A stretch of 20,000 bases of DNA from an uncultured bacterium (lineage in GTDB: Bacteria; JAGOEH01): positions 52,607 to 72,606 of the forward strand of contig CAZWDO010000020.1 of the NCBI GenBank assembly GCA_964632485.1, in the 5' to 3' direction. Both the position numbers and the translations under genes were made by a program. The stretch's first letter is position 1; each line of letters starts with the position of its first letter. Positions 9,504 to 16,112 of the stretch are shown here, one piece after another. Below the pieces are notes generated by a model. It had not been told where the DNA came from. It made no database searches and saw only the letters and a list, made by a program, of their open reading frames with translations.

Positions 9504-10439
9504 TTAATCTGGAATTTCATTCAATTGGTCAATCGAATCGAAGCTGATGCATTTGATTGATTTATCAATTTGACGCAGAATACCGTTTAATACCTTACCC
9601 GGAGACAATTCTATAAAGAGTTTGGGCTGGCGCGCCTGGATTTTTTCGATGATTTCCACCCATCGCACGGGCGAAATGATCTGTTCGACCAGCATTTTTT
9701 TGATTTGCTCGGGGTCCTCGGGATAGGGTTCGGCAGTCAGATTGGCATAGACGGGGAACTGGGGTTTATTTAATTGGATGGTAGCGAAGAAATCATTCAT
9801 AGTATCGCAGGCGGGGCGCATATATTCGGAATGCCAGGGGCCGCTGACGTTGAGGGATACGACTTTTAATGCGCCTATGGCTTTGGCTTTTTCACCCGCT
9901 TCATTGAGGAGGGCTTTATCGCCGGAAAGAATCACTTGCTTGGGCGAATTGATATTGGCGATAGTAATGACGCCGCGTTTGGATAGTTCGTCGACAATTT
10001 CACGTAGAGAGTTCAGGGCCAGTCCCATAACGGCAATCATACCGCCCCGGCATTTACCGGCGGCTTCATGCATAGCTTGACCGCGGATGGATACGGCCTT
10101 GATAACCTGCTCAAAGTCAAATACTCCGGCGGCGTATAACGCGACGTATTCTCCCAGGGAGTGGCCTGCCGCCATGCCGGGCGTTAGTTTCTTGTTTCGT
10201 TTGAGAATTTCATACGCGCAGATACTTACAAACGTTAAGCAAACCTGGGCATTATCGGTGCGCGTCAACAATTCCTCCGGCCCCTTATATGCGAGATCGG
10301 CAATCGGAATATTGGATATCTGTTGCGCTTTTTGCAGGTAGTTTTCAATAAACGGAAAATCGGCGGATCGAAAGCTCAAACCCATACCGACATACTGGGA
10401 AGCCTGCCCGGGACCGAGAATCACATTATTAATACTCAT
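9504..10439 (-). CDS. fabD: Malonyl-CoA:ACP transacylase
   Basis: GPGQASQYVGMG, LTRTDNAQ, catalytic GHSLGEY, ANINSPKQVILSG, LNVSGPWHS, SPVRW, FIELSPGKVL. ATG at 10439 is preceded by an AAGGAG RBS and preferred over the ORF-track start at 10454. Confidence 0.95.
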   Translation of the reverse strand: MSINNVILGPGQASQYVGMGLSFRSADFPFIENYLQKAQQISNIPIADLAYKGPEELLTRTDNAQVCLTFVSICAYEILKRNKKLTPGMAAGHSLGEYVALYAAGVFDFEQVIKAVSIRGQAMHEAAGKCRGGMIAVMGLALNSLREIVDELSKRGVITIANINSPKQVILSGDKALLNEAGEKAKAIGALKVVSLNVSGPWHSEYMRPACDTMNDFFATIQLNKPQFPVYANLTAEPYPEDPEQIKKMLVEQIISPVRWVEIIEKIQARQPKLFIELSPGKVLNGILRQIDKSIKCISFDSIDQLNEIPD

Positions 10440-10584
10440 TTCAGCTCCTTTCAAGCGATAGCGAGAGAATACAGTCTATTTATTTTAATGAAAAGTCTCA
10501 TTGGATAGTTTTTTCCCAATGATGTAAAAGCATCCAGTTTTATTACGTCAGCCATCATGAATCGTGATTCGTCACGTTTAACAA

Positions 10585-10611
10585 GAGGCCCTGCATTAGG
10601 GACAGGGCCTC
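10585..10611 (-). terminator. GC-rich hairpin downstream of trpB2; possible weak terminator
   Basis: GAGGCCCTG-9 nt-CAGGGCCTC perfect 9-bp inverted repeat about 30 nt after the trpB2 stop; only a weak U-tail (UUGUU) on the minus strand. Confidence 0.5.
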
Positions 10612-10642
10612 CTGAGTATTGTAACACGTAGTAATGGGGAGA

Positions 10643-12001
10643 TTATACCTGGGGAAGATGATGGGTGTATTCATCGATTTTCTGAGTCGGAAGTTCGTAG
10701 TCATGTAGTTTTCCATCGATATAGGACTGGTAGGCGCCGAGATCGAGAAAACCGTGCCCTGAGAGGTTGAACAAAATGGTTTTGGGGGTACCGGCTTCTT
10801 TGCAGTCAAGGGCGTGTTTGATGGCGGCTTTGATGGCATGAGCGCTTTCCGGGGCCGGGATTATGCCTTCGGCTTTAGCAAACAATTGCGCGGCGGCAAA
10901 GACTTCCAATTGATGGTAGGTTTCTGCTTCGATGATATCCAGATGTTTGAGATGGGAAACCAGGGGCGCCATTCCATGATAGCGCAATCCGCCGGCATGG
11001 ATTGAAGGCGGGATAAATTTATGGCCTAAAGTGAACATCTTAACCAAGGGCGTTAAACCCGCTTCATCGCCGAAATCATAGGCAAAAACTCCTTTAGTCA
11101 GAGTCGGGCAGGAAAAGGGCTCAACCGCAATGATGCGCAATCCATTTTGACCCTTGGCGATTTTTTCGCGGACAAAGGGGAAACTCAGCCCGGCAAAATT
11201 GCTGCCGCCGCCAACACAAGCCAAAATAATATCCGGATAATCGCCGGCTATTTCCATCTGTTTAAGGGCTTCTTCGCCAATGATAGTCTGGTGTAATAAA
11301 ACATGGTTTAAGACGCTGCCCAGGGCATAGTTCGAATCATCCCGCTGAGCGGCAATTTCGACGGCTTCGCTGATAGCTATGCCAAGTGAACCCGGGGAAT
11401 TTGGATCTTCAGCTAACACATCGCGACCCGCCTGAGTCTGAGTCGATGGGCTGGGAGTTACGTTGGCGCCATAGAGTTCCATAAAGGCTTTCCGGTACGG
11501 TTTTTGATCGAAACTGACCTTCACCATGAAGACCTTGCATTCCATATCGAAATGGCTGCAGGCGATAGAAAGCGCGCTTCCCCATTGTCCGGCGCCGGTT
11601 TCGGTAACTAAGCGCTTTATGCCGGCTTTTTTGTTGTAATAGGCTTGGGCAATCGCTGTATTAATTTTATGGCTGCCGCCCTGGTTCACACCTTCGTATT
11701 TAAAATAGATTTTGGCGGGTGTATCCAGGATTTTTTCCAGTTGTTTGGCGCGAATCAGAGGACTGGGCCGCGCGATTTTGTAGAAATCTAAAATTTCATC
11801 GGGAATCTCTATATAGGGATCAGAGGCCATCTCCTGTTCAATCAGAGTCATAGGGAAAATGGCTTTCATATCGTCCGGGGTAACGGGCTGTTTGGTTCCG
11901 GGATGAAGATGGGGCGCCAGCGGTTCCGGTAAATCCGCCATAATATTGTACCAATTGCGCGGCATCTTCTTCGGTTCGAGGTAAAACTTCGTGGTTTCCA
12001 T
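10643..12001 (-). CDS. trpB2: Tryptophan synthase beta chain type 2 (TrpB2, TrpB-like PLP enzyme), stand-alone
   Basis: 452 aa with the TrpB2-type N-terminal extension (WYNIMADLPEPL), PLP lysine motif GSHKINTA, TETGAGQWG, YALGSVLNHV, CVGGGSNFAG, YDFGD, IHAGGLRYHG, PAPESAHA, LSGHG; AAGGAG RBS; no trpA adjacent. Confidence 0.95.
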   Translation of the reverse strand: METTKFYLEPKKMPRNWYNIMADLPEPLAPHLHPGTKQPVTPDDMKAIFPMTLIEQEMASDPYIEIPDEILDFYKIARPSPLIRAKQLEKILDTPAKIYFKYEGVNQGGSHKINTAIAQAYYNKKAGIKRLVTETGAGQWGSALSIACSHFDMECKVFMVKVSFDQKPYRKAFMELYGANVTPSPSTQTQAGRDVLAEDPNSPGSLGIAISEAVEIAAQRDDSNYALGSVLNHVLLHQTIIGEEALKQMEIAGDYPDIILACVGGGSNFAGLSFPFVREKIAKGQNGLRIIAVEPFSCPTLTKGVFAYDFGDEAGLTPLVKMFTLGHKFIPPSIHAGGLRYHGMAPLVSHLKHLDIIEAETYHQLEVFAAAQLFAKAEGIIPAPESAHAIKAAIKHALDCKEAGTPKTILFNLSGHGFLDLGAYQSYIDGKLHDYELPTQKIDEYTHHLPQV

Positions 12002-12028
12002 GACAACTCCTTAGTTTAGGTTTGGGCT

Positions 12029-12062
12029 AAAAAAAAAGCCGTGATTCTGTAATCACGGCTTT
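12029..12062 (-). terminator. Second (gene-proximal) intrinsic terminator of the trpB2 leader, segments 5:6
   Basis: Transcript AAAGCCGUGAUU-ACAG-AAUCACGGC followed by U9 (A-tract at 12029-12037); perfect stem. Confidence 0.9.
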
Positions 12063-12064
12063 AT

Positions 12065-12102
12065 AAACGAAAAGCCGTGAATAGCATCTGCTATCCACGG
12101 CT
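12065..12102 (-). terminator. First attenuator terminator of the trpB2 leader, segments 3:4
   Basis: Transcript AGCCGUGGAUAGC-AGAU-GCUAUUCACGGCU followed by UUUCGUUU; 13-bp stem with one G-U pair. Confidence 0.8.
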
Positions 12103-12115
12103 GAATATTGCTGGC

Positions 12116-12220
12116 TCAGGAATCAGCTTCGGTGGGTAGCAGAACTTCACAGTTCCGCCACCAACCACCATTTAGTATTAAAAAGGACTTGGACTCCGGT
12201 TCATGCTCATACTTTTTCAT
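12116..12220 (-). CDS. trpL: Trp attenuator leader peptide, 34 aa: MKKYEHEPESKSFLILNGGWWRNCEVLLPTEADS
   Basis: Short ORF upstream of trpB2 with tandem TGG codons (12163-12158) in a GWWR context, like E. coli TrpL. The codons overlap the 1:2 hairpin (12135-12162). Below the ORF-track length cutoff. Confidence 0.88.
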   Translation of the reverse strand: MKKYEHEPESKSFLILNGGWWRNCEVLLPTEADS

Positions 12221-12226
12221 AGATTC

Positions 12227-12255
12227 ATTATAATAAAAAATTGAGAACTTGTCAA
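12227..12255 (-). promoter_or_regulatory. Perfect-consensus sigma70 promoter for trpL-trpB2
   Basis: TTGACA (12255-12250), 17-nt spacer, TATAAT (12232-12227), then 6 nt to the trpL ATG. Confidence 0.9.
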
Positions 12256-12279
12256 GACAAAAATTCGGTCATTAAAAAA

Positions 12280-13098
12280 TTAATTCGCATTTTGAATAGA
12301 GGACCCTCCTGAAAGATCCTCAGTAATAGTGGGATTTCCTTTATATCTCACCGCGCTGCCGCCGGATGCGGAAACGGTTAAAGCATCAAGTACCGTCAAT
12401 TCGGCAATAGACCCCCCTGAAAGTTCCAAATCGGCCTGAGCCATTTGGAGGGAAAAAGCGCGCATAATCGACCCGCCGGATAGTCCCCGGAGTCTGAAAT
12501 TTTTGCCATGACCGGATAAAAAGAGGACCGAGCCGCCGCTGCCGCCACCTCTGATTTCTTCTGCCGAGAGCGCTAAGGTCATTTCACTGCCCCCGGATGT
12601 TTCAAAAGTCAATGTCTCGGCGCCTAAGGTCAAATGGCATTCGCTCCCACCACTCAGATCGATATCAAAGTCCGATGAAACAATTGAATCATTGCAGGTT
12701 AGATATGAACCACCGCTTCCATCAATGCCCCGAAGGGTCTTGAAAGTGAGAATCGCTTTTTTATGGGCGTGATTATCCTCGTCAATATTATCATCCAGTT
12801 CCAGAATCAGCGTTCCATTTTGGATTTTTATATGAATATAGGGAAGATAGGCTTCGGGAGCTTCAATGGTGATCGATTCTGTTGCGCCTTGAACCAGGGT
12901 CACCTCAAATCCGTTATGAACTTCAAAACGATTAAAACTACCCAAATCCCGGGTTTGAGTAATGACATTTCTCTCATCCAGTTCGATACCGTTTGTTCGG
13001 CAACTATTCATAATTAGTAAGGAAAAAATAGTCAAAATAGTTGCGGTGACTTTTTTAACTATAAGCAGACCGGAAGGGGGGAAATGGATATTTTTCAT
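12280..13098 (-). CDS. DUF2807 / head GIN-domain beta-solenoid protein, probable lipoprotein
   Basis: Hydrophobic N-region ending LLIMNSC (lipobox-like); TQTRDLGSFNRFEVHNGFEVTLVQG; about seven SGGS-type repeats; C-terminal ASGGSAVRYKGNP; AAGGAG RBS. Confidence 0.85.
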   Translation of the reverse strand: MKNIHFPPSGLLIVKKVTATILTIFSLLIMNSCRTNGIELDERNVITQTRDLGSFNRFEVHNGFEVTLVQGATESITIEAPEAYLPYIHIKIQNGTLILELDDNIDEDNHAHKKAILTFKTLRGIDGSGGSYLTCNDSIVSSDFDIDLSGGSECHLTLGAETLTFETSGGSEMTLALSAEEIRGGGSGGSVLFLSGHGKNFRLRGLSGGSIMRAFSLQMAQADLELSGGSIAELTVLDALTVSASGGSAVRYKGNPTITEDLSGGSSIQNAN

Positions 13099-13183
13099 AG
13101 AAACTCCTTAAAGTTGCAATTTTTTTTCTTCATTGTTGGCTACGTATCAGTTCATTGCATCCTGAATGAACCCACAGTTTGAA

Positions 13184-13211
13184 TATACGCAAATATTAGT
13201 GAATAGTTTCA
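13184..13211 (-). promoter_or_regulatory. Putative ECF-sigma (SigW-like) promoter for the DUF2807 gene
   Basis: TGAAAC (13211-13206), 16-nt spacer, CGTATA (13189-13184). Confidence 0.6.
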
Positions 13212-13251
13212 CAATAGGCAGCCTATTAATAAAGCAAATATCTATTATTGA

Positions 13252-14334
13252 TTAGGAATTATCTGGTGTTATAAATTTAATTAATCGCTCCGTCATGCGT
13301 TCAGGAGAATAGACGATAGCTTTTTTTCGGGCGCATTGCCAAATTTTTTCAAGTTGGCGTTGCTCCAGGGTATTTAAATGCTGAAGAATAGAGATTGCTT
13401 CCTGGGGGTATTGCGACTGGAGCAAAAACCCGTTTTTCCCATTTTCAATTAATTGACCAGCTCCAATTGTAGGAGTTGCAATGGCTATTGTATCAGAAGC
13501 CATTGCCTCGAGGACAGGAAGGCAGAAGCTTTCGCTGCGGCTGAAATTAAGCAGAACAAAACTTTGTTGCAGACACGTTTTCAGTATCTCTCGGGAAGTA
13601 TGAGGCGGATAGATTATTAAATTGGGGGGGACCGGGGGGCGGGGAGTTCGCGACGTACCGATAAAACAGTGAATTTGATAGCGCGGGAGTTCTTTGGTAA
13701 GTAAACCCGCGAATTCCAGAAGATGATCCCAGCCTTTGGCCCGATCGGTAGCGCCGATATATAGCAGTTGCTGTGGATTCTTGTTGATTCGCGGGGTATC
13801 CAGTGGGATGATGGCATTTGGAATTTCAAGCAATTGAGAAGCCTTTTTGTTTGGAATGCTTCTTTGCAGGGCTTGATTTACAATCGCTACTTTTGCTGGA
13901 CCTATCCGGTTGATGATCCAGGGTATCATGAGCCGAAAGGCGATTCCACCTACCCATTTTTGTCGGGGGCTGTCGTGGATGATGAACCGGGGGATCGGGT
14001 AATGGCGGAATATATGTAATATAGTTAGAATGAATGCCAGGGGAGTATAGATTGTCATTATCTGGTAATTAGTGTTTTTGCCGGAAATAAATTTAAGTTG
14101 GCGTTCAAGGTGGAAAAAGGCGGGGAGATAAAAAGTCGCTACTGTAATTTTGTGTGGCCAGGGCAGGGAAATCGCCCGAGTGGGCAGGGGATGCCAGAAA
14201 TCGGGGATAGCCGAATGCCAGAATCCGATGATCTCGACCTGATGACCGTTCTCTTGCAGTATGTTGGCATATTCGCGAGCGATTTGCGTGCCGCCCGTTT
14301 GTTTGAGGGTCGGCAGAATGATCAGAAAATTCAT
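13252..14334 (-). CDS. Glycosyltransferase family 4 (GT-B) protein
   Basis: MNFLIILP...TGGTQIAREYANILQENGHQVEII N-terminus; LLYIG...RAKG; SRSESFCLPVLEAMAS (EX7E motif); LIENGKNGFL. The ATG at 14334 fits the family N-terminus and promoter geometry; alternative starts at 14349 and 14352. Confidence 0.88.
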   Translation of the reverse strand: MNFLIILPTLKQTGGTQIAREYANILQENGHQVEIIGFWHSAIPDFWHPLPTRAISLPWPHKITVATFYLPAFFHLERQLKFISGKNTNYQIMTIYTPLAFILTILHIFRHYPIPRFIIHDSPRQKWVGGIAFRLMIPWIINRIGPAKVAIVNQALQRSIPNKKASQLLEIPNAIIPLDTPRINKNPQQLLYIGATDRAKGWDHLLEFAGLLTKELPRYQIHCFIGTSRTPRPPVPPNLIIYPPHTSREILKTCLQQSFVLLNFSRSESFCLPVLEAMASDTIAIATPTIGAGQLIENGKNGFLLQSQYPQEAISILQHLNTLEQRQLEKIWQCARKKAIVYSPERMTERLIKFITPDNS

Positions 14335-14340
14335 GGCTGA

Positions 14341-14369
14341 AAAATACATCACGATGCGCTAAATGTCAA
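14341..14369 (-). promoter_or_regulatory. Putative sigma70 promoter of the GT4 gene
   Basis: TTGACA (14369-14364), 17-nt spacer, TATTTT (14346-14341), then 6 nt to the ATG at 14334. Confidence 0.55.
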
Positions 14370-14629
14370 GGAAAATTATGCTTTTTCATTGCATTAAGAG
14401 CAATATCGATTAAAGGCCAGGTTTCATTATTTTAATTTTGATGCCCGTATGCCATTCTTGAATGATTTCATGCCGACTGTTGAACTTGAAAACGGTGATA
14501 AAATTTATTTTGATATTTTCTCATAATAGTGCTATATATAATGAATGATGGAAAAGATGAGTCAAGATACTTTCATAAACGCTTTTCCATAGTAAACAAA
14601 TGGATTTTAAAATGAATTAATGAGGTGGC

Positions 14630-14830
14630 ATGGATATTAAAACCTTGTTTTTGAATGAAATCTCGCAATTATATCCCACGGGATTGGAATGGGAGAAAGT
14701 AGGCATTTTAACAAAAAATTCCAGTGTTTATACCCTGCCATACGATTCCAAAATTTTGTAGGGGATTTTTGAAATCCTCTGTGGACCGATTATCAAACGC
14801 ATCGCTGATGCGAATGATTTATCCATTGGG
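14630..14830 (+). pseudogene. EcoRV-family type II restriction endonuclease, N-terminal remnant with an in-frame TAG
   Basis: GAGGTGG RBS, ATG at 14630: MDIKTLFLNEISQLYPTGLEWEKVGILTKNSSVYTLPYDSKIL*GIFEILCGPIIKRIADANDLSI. Resembles the EcoRV N-terminus as I recall it (GIISAEGKIYPLGSDTKVLSTIFELFSRPIINKIAEKHGY). Stop at 14759-14761; similarity ends before the catalytic motif. Confidence 0.72.
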
Positions 14831-14904
14831 TCGTCGGTTTTATATACAGCAGAAACCAGGATTGCCAAACAATGGAAATCAAGCAGGTAATTGAGGCTTT
14901 TCAA

Positions 14905-15102
14905 TTAGAACCGCTCAGAATCTGCAATCTATTGGAACAGATTATGGTTGAGAGGGTATTGGAGTGGTTGAACCTATCGCGGATTCAATGGGGGTGGGAT
15001 GGCAAAAACGATAATGGCGATATTCAAGCTTCGGGAATCTATGTTTATCAGTAAATATGCGGGGATTGGCAAAAAACGGGAACGATCACTTATTTGAGAT
15101 AA
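14905..15102 (+). pseudogene. Remnant of a T9SS type-A / FlgD-Ig-like C-terminal sorting domain
   Basis: LRICNLLEQIMV...WDGKNDNGDIQASGIYVYQ*ICGDWQKTGTITYLR* follows the I(Y)NLLG...WDGK...ASGIY.Y...K..LLK pattern through an in-frame TAA at 15052-15054; no upstream body or signal peptide. Confidence 0.7.
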
Positions 15103-15224
15103 CATACTCATAGAGAACAATTGATCTCGAATCGATAAGATCAAGAGTCAGGTTTATTGAAAATTTCCATGGCAGCTTTTTGATCATTAATAAAAAGATT
15201 TTAAACGGCATCTGAAAAAATGGA

Positions 15225-15253
15225 TTGACAATTGGAAAAAAAACGATTAAAAT
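15225..15253 (+). promoter_or_regulatory. Sigma70 promoter of proC-proA
   Basis: TTGACA (15225-15230), 17-nt spacer, TAAAAT (15248-15253), upstream of the AAGGAG RBS. Confidence 0.75.
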
Positions 15254-15281
15254 AGAGATTATTTTATCGAAAGGAGATGCT

Positions 15282-16112
15282 ATGAAAATCGGAATACTCG
15301 GTATCGGTAATATTGGCGCCATCTTTGCCGAATCGTTTGCCCATGAATTTTCAAAGAATAATCGTGACGATCAATTGTATTTATATGATATAAATTCAGA
15401 AAAATGTCAGCGATTATCCAACTATCCCTGTATACGGATTGCTCAGGAACCCCTGGAATTGTGCAGGGAAAGTGAAATTATATTTATTGCGGTTAAGCCG
15501 CAGGATGCCGGACAATTATTTTCGCTGATAAAAAATCTGGATTATTCGAAAAAAGTGGTAGTCAGTACGATGACGGGTATTACTACGACCCGCATCGAAT
15601 CAGAATTAGTGACGCGCAATGTCGTTCGAATCATGCCGAATGTTCCGATTTCGATTGGCAAGGGAGTGATCGGAATCTGTTTTATGGAACCTTTTGAGGA
15701 AGAGAAGCGACAGTTGATCACACGTTTGTTGGGAGTGTTGGGATGTGTGGTTCCCATTCGCGAGAAGGATTTTGCCGCCTTGACTGCCCTAAGCGGCAGT
15801 TCGCCGGCGTTTGTATTTGTCATTGTGGAAACGTTAATCGATGCCGGGTTGATGATGGGACTTTCCTATGATGTTGCCAAAAAATTGGTGTTGGAGACAT
15901 TGACCGGTTCTGCGCAGATGTTGCTCCATGATGACGAAATCCACCCGGCTGTCATGCGTAATAAAGTGACATCTCCCGCGGGAACGACGATTGAAGGCAT
16001 ATATACCCTTGAACGTGAAGGATTGCGCGGGATTTTGATGAAGATATTGATCGACACCTATAACAAAGCCAAGCGAATGTCAGGGGAAGCGGAGGAGCGG
16101 CATCATGAATAG
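15282..16112 (+). CDS. proC: Pyrroline-5-carboxylate reductase
   Basis: MKIGILGIGNIG Rossmann start after an AAGGAG RBS; FIAVKPQ, VVRIMPN, TALSGSSPAF, VTSPAGTTIEG. The ORF-track TTG start at 15225 is the -35 box. Confidence 0.95.
   Translation: MKIGILGIGNIGAIFAESFAHEFSKNNRDDQLYLYDINSEKCQRLSNYPCIRIAQEPLELCRESEIIFIAVKPQDAGQLFSLIKNLDYSKKVVVSTMTGITTTRIESELVTRNVVRIMPNVPISIGKGVIGICFMEPFEEEKRQLITRLLGVLGCVVPIREKDFAALTALSGSSPAFVFVIVETLIDAGLMMGLSYDVAKKLVLETLTGSAQMLLHDDEIHPAVMRNKVTSPAGTTIEGIYTLEREGLRGILMKILIDTYNKAKRMSGEAEERHHE

Noticed and set aside
8903-9547. ORFs 8903-9223(-), 8961-9377(+) and 9248-9547(+)
   Set aside because: Shadow ORFs over tRNA genes and palindromic repeats; no RBS or protein-like features.
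10498-10522. Inverted repeat TCATTGG-N11-CCAATGA upstream of fabD
   Set aside because: Could be an operator, but it is a single short instance with no regulator or second copy to support it.
12330-12730. Repeated SGGS-coding units suggesting a CRISPR or DNA tandem repeat
   Set aside because: The repeats are protein-level beta-solenoid repeats with divergent codons; no CRISPR array or cas gene is in the window.
14759-15054. Stop-codon reassignment suggested by in-frame stops in two fragments
   Set aside because: The stops differ (TAG and TAA), intact genes in the window end in TAA, TAG and TGA normally, and both fragments are truncated; pseudogenisation is the simpler explanation.
15121-15144. 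Inverted repeat TTGATCT-N10-AGATCAA as an FNR-like operator
   Set aside because: Spacing does not fit TTGAT-N4-ATCAA; a single 7-bp repeat in AT-rich DNA may be chance.
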